Shown here: positions 20,162-29,383 of the stretch, piece after piece | Layout: every line of letters begins with the position of its first letter | How positions within the stretch are numbered: the first letter of the stretch is position 1 | Assembly: GCA_963664395.2 (NCBI GenBank) | Contig: OY761159.2 | Coordinates: forward strand, 4,096,001-4,160,000 | Direction: 5' to 3' | DNA length: 64,000 nt | Origin: Candidatus Binatia bacterium | Lineage (GTDB): Bacteria; Desulfobacterota; Binatia; Bin18 | Notes under the pieces: model-generated | The model's database searches: none | Seen by the model: the letters and a program-made list of their open reading frames with translations, nothing else | Told to the model about the DNA's origin: nothing | Program-made: the position numbers and the translations under genes

Positions 20162-20581
20162 CTACTCTTTCAACTCAATGGATATCTGGCTGTAGCGCGT
20201 GTCGCCGACGTTGGTCAGCGTATGAGTCACGCCTTTGACCGGGGGCATAATGACCTGGCCGGCCTCGGGATAATGTGTCTGGCGTTCAGGCTCCGGTCCG
20301 GCTTTTGTTGCCCTGAGCTTTGCACCCTCAAGGCAAATTACAACTTCGTCAAACTGATGGGTATGCTGCTTGGTGGATTGGCCTGGCTCCAGCACGAGTT
20401 TCCAGACTGTGACGCGCTCGTGGTCGAGAAGTAGGAGCGGTTTGACTGTGGTGCCTGCGGCATTCACTGGCGTGTGTACCAGCACGGCAATGCCTACTCC
20501 GAGGCCACACAGAGCCAAGAGCAGGCCGACACTCAGGCCGACACTCAGGCCGACACCCAGGCCAAGGAAAAAACGTTTCAT
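20162..20581 (-). CDS. Exported cupin-domain protein
   Basis: MKRFF + long hydrophobic leader ending VNA; LEPGQST..HTH..DEV...H.L.NVG cupin motifs. Confidence 0.75.
   Translation of the reverse strand: MKRFFLGLGVGLSVGLSVGLLLALCGLGVGIAVLVHTPVNAAGTTVKPLLLLDHERVTVWKLVLEPGQSTKQHTHQFDEVVICLEGAKLRATKAGPEPERQTHYPEAGQVIMPPVKGVTHTLTNVGDTRYSQISIELKE
20522..20563. repeat. 12-bp tandem repeat (3.5 copies) in the cupin signal peptide
   Basis: caggccgacact x2, caggccgacacc, caggcc; encodes GVGL-SVGL-SVGL. Confidence 0.8.
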
Positions 20582-20621
20582 GTCCGGCTCTTTCTTGTGC
20601 TGCTCGTTTGGCCTGTTGGGC

Positions 20622-21185
20622 CTATTTGGCCCGAGAGACATATCCTCCGGTTTCGGTGTCTACACGAATGGACTCGCCAATGTTGATAAAACCAGGAACG
20701 CGGACCACGAGGCCGGTTTCCATGGTGGCTGGCTTTAACTCATTCGTGACCGTTGCCCCCTTCATGGCGGGTGGGGTGTCTGTCACGGTGAGATCGACTG
20801 TCTTTGGCAGGCTGATGCCAACAGGACCTCCTTCGTACAGATCAATCGTGATCTTCATATTTGGTACGAGGTACTGTACCGCTTCCCCGAGGATGTCTTT
20901 CGATAAAGTAATCTGCTCGTAATCCTTGGAGTGCATGAAGCAGTATTCGTCGCCGGATTCGTACAAATATTCCATTTCCCGCTGCTCGAGGGTGATACGG
21001 TCTACTTTGTCGTTTGAGCTGAATTTATGCTCCGTTTGTAATCCACTCCGAAGATTGCGCAGTTTGGTTTGCACAAAGCCGCGTTTATTGCCAGGGGTGA
21101 CGTGTGTCAAATCCATGATGCGGTGGAGATCGTTTTGATACATGACAAGCGTCCCTACCCGCAGCTGAGTCGCTGGTATGAGCAT
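20622..21185 (-). CDS. efp: Elongation factor P (PGN loop variant)
   Basis: 187 aa; HVTPGNKRGFVQTKLRNL, MEYLY, KPATMETG..V.VP.FI..GE.I.VDT..G.YVSRA. Confidence 0.95.
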   Translation of the reverse strand: MLIPATQLRVGTLVMYQNDLHRIMDLTHVTPGNKRGFVQTKLRNLRSGLQTEHKFSSNDKVDRITLEQREMEYLYESGDEYCFMHSKDYEQITLSKDILGEAVQYLVPNMKITIDLYEGGPVGISLPKTVDLTVTDTPPAMKGATVTNELKPATMETGLVVRVPGFINIGESIRVDTETGGYVSRAK

Positions 21186-21263
21186 CCGTCCTATCCTCCT
21201 GTCTATTCTGAGCGCTGGTAATCTAACAGTGGCTTGGCAAAACGCGCACGCAAGGCAGGCACG

Positions 21264-21680
21264 CTACTGGAGTTGATCTTCAGCCGGGGTTGGCGGCGCG
21301 AAAATCGGAGAACCATGATGGTGCACAATGAACCACTGGCCGTCCCGCTTTTCAAACAGATTCGTCGTCAAAATCTGTGACCGGGAGGTCCCATCCGGTC
21401 CTTGCGATTCGAGATTTTCGATGAGGACAGCCCAGCCCAGGCTCCCGGATACTTCTACGCGGACATCTGTCACATCAAAACGCATGGATTGGGTATGGGC
21501 AAAAATTCGCTCCCAACTCGCCATAACGGGCCCCCAACCTGACAGGAGCGGCCAACCCGGATGGATACATTTGATGTGGCTTGCTTGCAGCCAGACCTTT
21601 TCCATCTCGGTCATGTTCAGCGTTTCAAAGGCGCGGTAAAATGCCCGGTTTGCTGCGGTCACAGCGTCGCGCTCTTCCAT
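21264..21680 (-). CDS. SnoaL-like/NTF2-family protein
   Basis: AANRAFYRAFE, CIHPGW..L.GW..V..SW..IF, TNLFE...G.W.IVHHHGSP. Confidence 0.88.
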   Translation of the reverse strand: MEERDAVTAANRAFYRAFETLNMTEMEKVWLQASHIKCIHPGWPLLSGWGPVMASWERIFAHTQSMRFDVTDVRVEVSGSLGWAVLIENLESQGPDGTSRSQILTTNLFEKRDGQWFIVHHHGSPIFAPPTPAEDQLQ

Positions 21681-21689
21681 ATGCATTCC

Positions 21690-22019
21690 TTATGCTGGTT
21701 TTGGGGCCATGAAAACAAGGACCGTCAGTTGGTCGGAGCCCCTATTGCCGACGCCGTGCTCGGCGCCGGATGGAGCCAGCGCAATGTCGCCAGGTTCAAG
21801 CTCTCGTGTGTCCTGTCCAATATGAACAGTGGCCCGTCCGTCAAGCACATAATAGATTTTGTCGGAGCCGGTATGCGTGTGGGGCGTTTGTTCCTGCCCA
21901 GGTTCAAAGCAGTACACATCGCAGAACATTCGATCGGTTGTAAACAGATTGACCTTTTTCATCTTCTCGGACGAAAAGGCAATCTGGCCGGCTAGCTGCT
22001 TAAAAATATCCATTGTCAT
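21690..22019 (-). CDS. Cupin-domain protein
   Basis: FEPGQEQTPHTH...DK.YYVL.G, AP.G..HGV.N. Confidence 0.88.
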   Translation of the reverse strand: MTMDIFKQLAGQIAFSSEKMKKVNLFTTDRMFCDVYCFEPGQEQTPHTHTGSDKIYYVLDGRATVHIGQDTRELEPGDIALAPSGAEHGVGNRGSDQLTVLVFMAPKPA

Positions 22020-22432
22020 CCACCTTACTCATCCCTTGTACGCGGACGGTCGATTCCAATTGATCCAATTGATATTGGTACGTCTTCGCAAAGAGATGCA
22101 TACCACCTTTATTTTACGGCCAAAAGCCCTGAGCCGGCAGAGAGAAGAGATTGACTGTTCTCAAAGGCTATTCCATATGGCATCACAAAATGCAGCGTCC
22201 CTTTCTCCAGGTATTAGCTGCACAAGCGCAGGTGCTAGAGGCCCAGCGACGTGCTGTGCACGTACGAAAGAGGCTGAACGACGCGTGGAGATCGTTGCAG
22301 TTGGCACGCTCAGGAGGTTCTCCGCCAATGTTATGACCGCCCCACATTTTCAAAATATACTTGTTTTTCAAAGCCTTTCCCTGGCATACTACAAGAAGCA
22401 GGATATAGTGGTTGCATCTGGAGGTGGAAGGT

Positions 22433-22627
22433 ATGGATCTTTCCCAATGTCGAAAGTGTACAAAAGGAGTGCTCGTCCCGTTATCTGATTACGGCCCGCG
22501 AGGATCAGACCTTGATTTCAAAGTGTGGGCGTGTACGAATCCGATGTGTGGCTTTACCATTCGGATTGACAAAGGGGTTATTCAATCCGGTCTCCGCGTG
22601 GGCGAATCAAAACGTCGCCCCGAGTAG
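22433..22627 (+). CDS. Small zinc-ribbon-like protein (64 aa)
   Basis: CRKC...PLSDYG...WACTNPMC; GGAGG RBS upstream. Confidence 0.7.
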   Translation: MDLSQCRKCTKGVLVPLSDYGPRGSDLDFKVWACTNPMCGFTIRIDKGVIQSGLRVGESKRRPE

Positions 22628-22800
22628 CACCGCTCGTAAGCACGACGCTCGGTCCGCGCATTCTTTTTTTCCTCCTTTTTTCCCTTCCTCCACATTCTCT
22701 ACAGTACATATCGCTCTCAGGTAAGCTCAGGCCCTCGCTTGTTTTGCTCCGCCCATCCTTGGTATGAGAACGGCGAGCGTATGAGAAATGAGGTGAAGGC

Positions 22801-24030
22801 ATGAAACAAGCACTCGATGGAGTCCGCGTCCTCGAATTTACCCAGGTGATGGCCGGGCCGTTCTGCGCCATGCTCCTTGGGGACTTGGGTGCGGATATTA
22901 TTAAGGTCGAGCCGCCAGGCGGAGATACCACCCGGCGCATGGGACAACGGCATGGTATGGAGAGCACCGGCTATTGGGCGGTCAACCGGAATAAGCGTGG
23001 CATTGTTCTCAATCTCAAAGACCGCCGTGCCCAGGACCTTGCGCGCACACTCGTGCGCCAGGCTGACGTTGTTGTGGAGAATTATCGTCCGGGTGTGATG
23101 GCCGGATTCGGACTGGACTATGAAAGATTGAAGAAGGAGCAGTCCAGCCTCATCTACGCCTCTGTATCCGGCTTTGGCGCGACTGGCCCATATGCGCACA
23201 AAGGGGGCTTTGATCTCGTTGCCCAGGGTATGTCAGGCATTATGTCAGTCACGGGCGAGGACGGAATGCCACCGATAAAATGTGGTATTCCAGTGACCGA
23301 CCTGGGGGCCGGTCTCTTTGCCGAACAAGCCATTCTTGCCGCGTACATCCATCGTCTCAAAACAGGCGAAGGCCAATATATTGATACGTCGCTGCTGGAA
23401 GCGGGCGTCGCACTGTCCGTATGGGAATCGACGCAGTATTTTTCAACCGGAGACATCCCTGAGCCCATGGGTTCGGCGCATCGGATGTCGGCTCCGTATC
23501 AAGCGATCCGCTGCGCAGACGGCTATATCAATTTGGGTGCGGCCAATACCCGGACATGGGAGAAGTTTGCCAACGCCATCGGGCGCCCGGAACTGGTAGA
23601 CCGGCCCGAATACGCAGAAGACGGTCTGCGCGTCCAAAACCGCCATCAACTCACCCGAGAAATAGAAGCCGTCACCACCCAGCAGCCGCGCTCACATTGG
23701 TTGGCTGTGCTCGAAGGGATGGGCGTCCCGTGCGGACCGATCTCAAATTACGCCGAGGTCTTTGCCGACCCGCATATTCAAGCGCGTAACATGGTGCAGG
23801 AGATGGAACATCCGGTTGGGGGGACAGTGCAGGTGCTTGGTCCGGCGGCCAAACTGTCCGAGACGCCAGCCCGGCTGACTCGGCGTTCCCCGTTGTATGC
23901 TGAGCATACGGCCGAGGTTTTAGCCGAGATTGGTTGTGTGGCGAGCGAGATTCAGGAATTGGAAAAGGCCGGAGTGATAGTAACGTGTCCTGACTCTCCT
24001 CAATGCGGCGTCAATAACTGTGCTCCGTAG
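22801..24030 (+). CDS. CaiB/BaiF family (class III) CoA transferase
   Basis: LDGVRVLE, AGPF..MLLGDLGAD.IKVE.P.GD, NRNKR, DVVVENYRPG, GFD..AQ..SG. Confidence 0.95.
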   Translation: MKQALDGVRVLEFTQVMAGPFCAMLLGDLGADIIKVEPPGGDTTRRMGQRHGMESTGYWAVNRNKRGIVLNLKDRRAQDLARTLVRQADVVVENYRPGVMAGFGLDYERLKKEQSSLIYASVSGFGATGPYAHKGGFDLVAQGMSGIMSVTGEDGMPPIKCGIPVTDLGAGLFAEQAILAAYIHRLKTGEGQYIDTSLLEAGVALSVWESTQYFSTGDIPEPMGSAHRMSAPYQAIRCADGYINLGAANTRTWEKFANAIGRPELVDRPEYAEDGLRVQNRHQLTREIEAVTTQQPRSHWLAVLEGMGVPCGPISNYAEVFADPHIQARNMVQEMEHPVGGTVQVLGPAAKLSETPARLTRRSPLYAEHTAEVLAEIGCVASEIQELEKAGVIVTCPDSPQCGVNNCAP

Positions 24031-24740
24031 ACAAACAGTACGCCGGCCAGGGTTGCAACCGGAAGCTGGCGCGAGTGACTGGCATCATGCGCTGCGGGGA
24101 GGAGACTGCCGGCTCCCAGATAGAGAAAGACGCCGCCAAACCACGCGAGCAACAGGGCAAGCATCTCTGTTTGAAAGGTCACAAACGACTGGGCATAGAC
24201 TCCGGCAAGTGGTGCCAGGGCGGTGAGAACGAGCATGATTCTGGTGGCGCGGACTGTCTGCTGCGTACCGAGCATGACGCCGGCAACACTCGCCCCGTCG
24301 GCAATTTTGTGAAGTAGGATACCCAAGGCAATAGCCCAGCCCACATGCTCGCCCGCCTGAAAGCCCTTGCCTATGGCAAACCCATCAAAAAAACTATGCA
24401 CCAGAATACCTATTGCACCCCAGATACCGGCGTGTGGGGCATGGGCATGGTGCGCGGCTTGCTCGGCCGCTGTCTCTCGCTGGTGGGTTAAATGCTCGAC
24501 AAGATAGAAGCACAGAAAGCCTAAAGTACAGGATAACAAGACATGATGATGGTGGAAGGATGAGCCGGGCGTTGCGAGCAATTCAAGCGATTCTGGAATC
24601 ACCTCCATCAACGCAGCAGCAATCAGGGCGCCGGCGCAAAAGGCAAAAACCGGGCCCTGGTAGACCTGGAGGCGCAAAACGAGCAGCCCGCCACCAAGGG
24701 TCAGTACAAAAGTCGCACCAGCTACCCAGAATGCTGTCAT
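24000..24740 (-). CDS. ZIP-family divalent metal transporter
   Basis: HSFFDG, LHKIADG, His-rich loops, multiple TM segments. Confidence 0.88.
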   Translation of the reverse strand: MTAFWVAGATFVLTLGGGLLVLRLQVYQGPVFAFCAGALIAAALMEVIPESLELLATPGSSFHHHHVLLSCTLGFLCFYLVEHLTHQRETAAEQAAHHAHAPHAGIWGAIGILVHSFFDGFAIGKGFQAGEHVGWAIALGILLHKIADGASVAGVMLGTQQTVRATRIMLVLTALAPLAGVYAQSFVTFQTEMLALLLAWFGGVFLYLGAGSLLPAAHDASHSRQLPVATLAGVLFVYGAQLLTPH

Positions 24741-24807
24741 TGTAAAGCGCTCTCTACGGTAATTTCGGGGAATAAGATGAGCCGAGTCTTACTAAAGCGG
24801 TTTTCAG

Positions 24808-25665
24808 TTATCGAGGTCGAAAGGCGCGAAATACCCAGGCACAGGCTAATAGGAAAGAGAGACACGCCGCAGCCATTTGGCCCGGCGGGAAATCATAATG
24901 ATTAGCGATGACAAAAGCAAAGACGCTACTGCCTAATGAGACGCACGGAGCGAGGACAAACAAGCTCTGCGCGGTCCAGCCTACATTCTTGGCCACTAAA
25001 GCCGGAAGAACCAGACTCGCAAAAGCAAACACGACTCCGGAAACATGTATGGAAAACCCGACGGCCAGGCCGAGCCAAGTCGAGAGCAGGCCGTTCCAGA
25101 GCCCGGTTCTCAGACCGACCGCGCGGGCCATTACGGGATCGAGTGTGATCAGCAGGACGGGCCGGTAATACACAATGAGGGCGGAGACGGTCAACAGCGT
25201 CATGCCGGAAAAAACCCAGACATCTCCGACTCGTGCCCCAATGATCGTGCTGGACAACAGGCGGTTGACTTCGTCCATGCCGTGCGGGCTGTGGGCGAGC
25301 AGCAGAATGGAGGCGCTCACGGAGAACAGAAAGACCCAGCCGGTGATGGCCTCGTGCGTTTCCTGACCGGCCCGCCGTCCGCCGCCGGTTGTGAGAAAGG
25401 CGGCCAGCACGGCAAACAGTCCGCCCATGAAGGAGTGGACCAGATCGGAGTTCCACCAACTGAGGGAGTCCGTGCTGAGCAGGTTGCCAAACCAGATTCC
25501 CACTGCGATGCCCAACAGCGACGCTTGAGAAACGGCTGCGCCGATGAAGATCTGATCGCGGGCAACCACCAGTACGCCGATCAGCGAGAGCAGAATGCCA
25601 ATCAGCCAGCCGGACAGATAGGCGTTCTGGAAGAGCGGCCACGAACTCACGAAACTGTCGATCAT
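24808..25665 (-). CDS. Metal ABC transporter permease (ZnuB-like)
   Basis: G..VV.R...FIGAAVSQ..LLG, LDP..A.A.G, D.PPG motifs; hydrophobic. Confidence 0.88.
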   Translation of the reverse strand: MIDSFVSSWPLFQNAYLSGWLIGILLSLIGVLVVARDQIFIGAAVSQASLLGIAVGIWFGNLLSTDSLSWWNSDLVHSFMGGLFAVLAAFLTTGGGRRAGQETHEAITGWVFLFSVSASILLLAHSPHGMDEVNRLLSSTIIGARVGDVWVFSGMTLLTVSALIVYYRPVLLITLDPVMARAVGLRTGLWNGLLSTWLGLAVGFSIHVSGVVFAFASLVLPALVAKNVGWTAQSLFVLAPCVSLGSSVFAFVIANHYDFPPGQMAAACLSFLLACAWVFRAFRPR

Positions 25666-25673
25666 TATGGAGC

Positions 25674-26420
25674 CTAAGAATGCAGGTCGGACGAACCTTC
25701 TGGCGAGACGTGCAGATGAATACGCTGGCCGCGCCCATAGACGCGATCCAGGTTGGACTCGTTCAGTACCTCGGCTTTGGGGCCGGCAATAAGGGTCCCC
25801 TGCGCGACCAAGCCGATATGGGTGGCGTGGCGTTCGGCAATGCCAAGATTATGGGTGACGAATAGACAGGTGTTGTTCTCCTGGCGGTGAATGTCGGTCA
25901 AGGTTTGCAGGAAGTCATTTTCCGCAGTGAGGTCAAGGTTGTTCGTGGGCTCGTCCAGAATCAACAGGGCCGGGCGTCTCACTAGCGCTCGCGCAACCAG
26001 TGCGCGCTGGCGCTGGCCACCCGACAGTGTCCAGTAGTTTTGATGCTTGTGTTGGTCCAGATCGAGCATGCTCAGCGCCCGGTCCAGATACTCCCGTCGT
26101 GTGGCCCGGTTCAGGCCGGTGCCGACCAGACCCAGGCCGACGAATTCACGGACGGTAATCGGCAGTGTGGGATTGATGTCACAGCGCTGCGGCACGAATC
26201 CGACCCCGTTGGGTATATGCCGGTAGAGGCGACCCGTCTGCGGCTTGAGCAATCCGAGTAAGGTCTGGAGCAGGGTAGTCTTCCCAGCACCGTTCCGGCC
26301 CAGCACGAACCATAATTCGCCGGTGCGGATCGTCAGGTTTATGCGCCCGAGAACCGCAAAGTTTCCGTATCCGACCGACAGATTGGTCGTTTGCAGAACA
26401 ATATCAGTATCGCTGTCCAT
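25674..26420 (-). CDS. Metal ABC transporter ATP-binding protein (ZnuC-like)
   Basis: GRNGAGKT, GFVPQ, LSGGQRQR, LILDEP, VTHN. Confidence 0.92.
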   Translation of the reverse strand: MDSDTDIVLQTTNLSVGYGNFAVLGRINLTIRTGELWFVLGRNGAGKTTLLQTLLGLLKPQTGRLYRHIPNGVGFVPQRCDINPTLPITVREFVGLGLVGTGLNRATRREYLDRALSMLDLDQHKHQNYWTLSGGQRQRALVARALVRRPALLILDEPTNNLDLTAENDFLQTLTDIHRQENNTCLFVTHNLGIAERHATHIGLVAQGTLIAGPKAEVLNESNLDRVYGRGQRIHLHVSPEGSSDLHS

Positions 26421-26505
26421 GAGGCCGTACCATATCTGCGGAACAGGAGCATTGTAAGCGGCTTTGCCACGGACAACACAAGCGCCCCGACAGCTCCGGC
26501 AATGG

Positions 26506-27561
26506 CTAGCTCGAACCGCCGGCCAGGGCCGCCGCGATCTGCTTCACGTTGTAATCCACCATATCGAGATAGTGCGCCGTCCCAGGGCGAGCAGTGACTT
26601 GTTCGGCCATGTGTACAACCGTGGCGCTGGAATTCTCGGAAACGAACTGCGCATAACGGGGGTCGTAATAGGCAGTCGCCATAACGACCTTCACTCCGTT
26701 CGTCTTCATCAGCTCAACAAGCGTATTCAGATGTTTCGTGGTTGGGGGAATGCCCGGCATGGGTTCGAGATAGGCGATCAGGTCGAGTCCGAAGAGTTCA
26801 GAGAAGTAAACCCAGACATTGTGGTCGGCGACGAGCTTGCTGCCGACATAGGGCCGCAGGCGGCCGAGCCAGCCGCTTAACAGAGACTCCTGTCCCTGAC
26901 TCTTGAGAAAGCTGTCCAGCCGTCCATGCCGGGCCAGCACCGCCAGCTTCTCGAAGTCGTAGGCGTCGGCCAGCGCTTCGCCGACGAGGGCCACGCCCAA
27001 GCGGCGCCGGAAGTCGGCATAGCGCTCGGCGAAATACGGGGCGCTGGCAGGTCGGAGGGCGCTCAGCCGGTCCCGCAGCAGCCGTGCGACACGCAGGCCG
27101 TTCATGGGGTCCAGCAGATAATGCGGATTGCCGAGCGGATGTACATCCCCCATGGAGCGATCGACCGGCGCGCTGGGAATCTGAAGCGGAGCGATGGCCG
27201 CGGACGCATCGATATAGCCCTGGCTACCAGGGAGGATATTGCCGTTACGAGCATTTTGCAGCAGGGGCGGCGCCCACCCAACTTCCAGCTCCAAACCCAT
27301 CTGAACATACACATCACAGATGCTCAGGGCCTTGATGAAGCTCGGCTTGGGTACCACGAAGTGAGCGTTTTCCGTGCCTTTGGCAAAGACCGTCAGCGTG
27401 GTCTGCTCGCCGCCAATCTCCTGGACCAAGCTGCCGAGGTCGGGAACCGTGGCACAGGCTTTGAGTGACTGCGCCTGGGCGGCCGGAGTCGGCCCCGGCC
27501 CGACAATCAGGCTCGCTAGTGTGAGCGCAGAGATAAGAAAACGGATCATCAACATGAGCAT
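26506..27561 (-). CDS. Metal ABC transporter substrate-binding protein (ZnuA/TroA-like)
   Basis: Signal peptide; ENAHF, GLELEVGW, GDVHPLGNPHY.LDP, EP.PGIPP. Confidence 0.9.
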   Translation of the reverse strand: MLMLMIRFLISALTLASLIVGPGPTPAAQAQSLKACATVPDLGSLVQEIGGEQTTLTVFAKGTENAHFVVPKPSFIKALSICDVYVQMGLELEVGWAPPLLQNARNGNILPGSQGYIDASAAIAPLQIPSAPVDRSMGDVHPLGNPHYLLDPMNGLRVARLLRDRLSALRPASAPYFAERYADFRRRLGVALVGEALADAYDFEKLAVLARHGRLDSFLKSQGQESLLSGWLGRLRPYVGSKLVADHNVWVYFSELFGLDLIAYLEPMPGIPPTTKHLNTLVELMKTNGVKVVMATAYYDPRYAQFVSENSSATVVHMAEQVTARPGTAHYLDMVDYNVKQIAAALAGGSS

Positions 27562-27588
27562 GCTCTCCTGTGTCTCCTGTTCGACTGG

Positions 27589-29226
27589 CTAGAAATCGTG
27601 GGCCCGATGCGCACCGTACATCCATTCGAAGCCGAGCCAGACGGTCTGCGCGTCGTTCTTGAGGTGGCTGGCAGTATCGTAGTTGTACTGGAGCCGGATG
27701 CGTGAAAACTCGGACGGTCGCCAGACCAGCAAGGGAGAGAGACGGTGCCGGTCATCCCGGAACGGGTCGTTCTGGCGTCCGCCGATGCTGTGTCCGCTAC
27801 CGCCGGCGTACTCATAGCGCAGGCCGGCGGCCCAGTTGGTCTGAAACCCGTACAAAAGCTGGGTATACAGGCCCCAGTCCTTGAACGCGCGGCCCGGCAG
27901 GCTGTCGAGGTCGCCGTCGTCGGCTGCCTGGGTGTAGCGGGTTGCGTGATAGTCGCGTTTCATGACCTCGGTCTGCCAGGTCAGGAACGGAGAGCCGAAA
28001 TTGCCGCCCGGCTGCCAGCGCCACTTCATGTCCAGCCCGTACAGCCAGGTGTCGGCATCCCGCCCGGTTGCGTTCGGCCCGTACAGGCCGGACAGGCCGA
28101 ACACCGCGGTCACTTCGTCGGTGAATTCGAACGAGTTCTCCCAACGGGTCAGATAGACGAAATCTCCAAAGCCGCGCACGTCCTGAGCGACAATCGGGCG
28201 GCCGGCTATACCGTTGCCCTGGCTGCCTTCCGCGTGGTCATCTTCTTCCTCGGCGTGATTGTCTTCTCCCTCGGCATGATCGTCTTCCTCTTCGTCCATA
28301 TGCTCGTCGTGCTCGTCACCGTGGCTATGGGCCAATTCTCCGCCCAGAAAGCTGGCCATGGTCACGCCATTGGCATTCTGCATACCGAAGTGAAACTCGG
28401 AGAACCACGGCGTGGGCGGGAGCCACGAGGCCCGAAAACCGGCCTGCCGCATGCCGTCTCCGCCGAACATGCGGGAGTTGACAACCGGTTGATCGACCCA
28501 ATCCCAGGCGTGGGGGTGTTGCGGGTTGATCATCCCGAACTCGGTCAGAAAATGGCCAACCTCAAGCTGAAGACCGTAAGGCAGGGCCGACGAGGTGAGA
28601 AAGGCTTCTTCAAGTTCGACCGCAGTCTTGCCGGTGCTTGGATTGACCGCGGTGAGGACATGCGCCTCGCCGGTGAAGTAGGGGTCAATGGCACCGGCCA
28701 GAGAAATTTCGGCCTGACCCAAGGTGAAGCCACGTTGTTTCGGGTCGTGACCCCCGCCCTGCAGCGTCGAAATCGCGGCGTCCCGCTCGCTGGAGCCGCC
28801 GGCAAAGAACAGAACATCGGTCGAAATGTCAATGAGGCGTAACTGCGTGTTCCCGCCCAGCGGCTGTGACCACAGCGCCCGCCGGTCCGGCTCTGGCTCA
28901 AAATCCGGGACGCCGAGTTCGTCAAGCGCTTTGTCCAGGGGCGAGGCGACTCGGCCGGCCATGCTTTCAGCCTGGCGTCGCTGTATGGCCTGCACTTGCG
29001 CCTCTTGCTCCTCGACCTGTTGCTTGAGGGCTTGATCCCGTGAGTTCGACTCTTTTTGCATTTGTAAAAGGAGTCGCTGGAGTTGCTCGACAGTTTCCTG
29101 CAGGCGGTCAACCTGACTGCGGAGTGCTTGGACCTCATCCGAGTCGCTGGCCTGTGCGCTGGTGTCTGGCTGGGATAAAAAAATGGAGACGACCGAGATG
29201 AAAAAAATGCGGATTATGCCACGCAT
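27589..29226 (-). CDS. Putative zinc-regulated outer-membrane channel with N-terminal coiled coil and His/acidic loop
   Basis: Signal peptide, coiled coil, AE....AIDPYF, ELEEAF, N..HPHAW..VD.P, W.PSEFSRIRLQY, C-terminal GAHRAHDF; first gene of the metal-uptake operon. Confidence 0.75.
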   Translation of the reverse strand: MRGIIRIFFISVVSIFLSQPDTSAQASDSDEVQALRSQVDRLQETVEQLQRLLLQMQKESNSRDQALKQQVEEQEAQVQAIQRRQAESMAGRVASPLDKALDELGVPDFEPEPDRRALWSQPLGGNTQLRLIDISTDVLFFAGGSSERDAAISTLQGGGHDPKQRGFTLGQAEISLAGAIDPYFTGEAHVLTAVNPSTGKTAVELEEAFLTSSALPYGLQLEVGHFLTEFGMINPQHPHAWDWVDQPVVNSRMFGGDGMRQAGFRASWLPPTPWFSEFHFGMQNANGVTMASFLGGELAHSHGDEHDEHMDEEEDDHAEGEDNHAEEEDDHAEGSQGNGIAGRPIVAQDVRGFGDFVYLTRWENSFEFTDEVTAVFGLSGLYGPNATGRDADTWLYGLDMKWRWQPGGNFGSPFLTWQTEVMKRDYHATRYTQAADDGDLDSLPGRAFKDWGLYTQLLYGFQTNWAAGLRYEYAGGSGHSIGGRQNDPFRDDRHRLSPLLVWRPSEFSRIRLQYNYDTASHLKNDAQTVWLGFEWMYGAHRAHDF

Positions 29227-29239
29227 ATGATTTCCTCTG

Positions 29240-29256
29240 TTGCATAGTAGTTGTAA
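29240..29256. promoter_or_regulatory. Candidate Zur/Fur operator
   Basis: Imperfect palindrome TTGCATAGTAGTTGTAA just upstream of the OM-protein start and divergent from the Fur-family gene. Confidence 0.5.
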
Positions 29257-29383
29257 TAGAAACATAATTGGATAAAGGTGCGGGGTTGTCAAGCCGACAC
29301 CCTTCCGGTGTCCGTTGTAGGAATGGACGTGAGGTACTTTTTTCTTGCCGGAAGTCATAGAAATCGGTAAGATGGGCAGCGCT

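Noticed and set aside
22020-22430. Small ORF 22151-22336 and an upstream in-frame TGA (22130) as a second selenoprotein
   Set aside because: No recognisable domain on either side of the TGA and no convincing SECIS or RBS.
27745-28842. 365-aa plus-strand ORF
   Set aside because: Antisense shadow of the outer-membrane protein gene.
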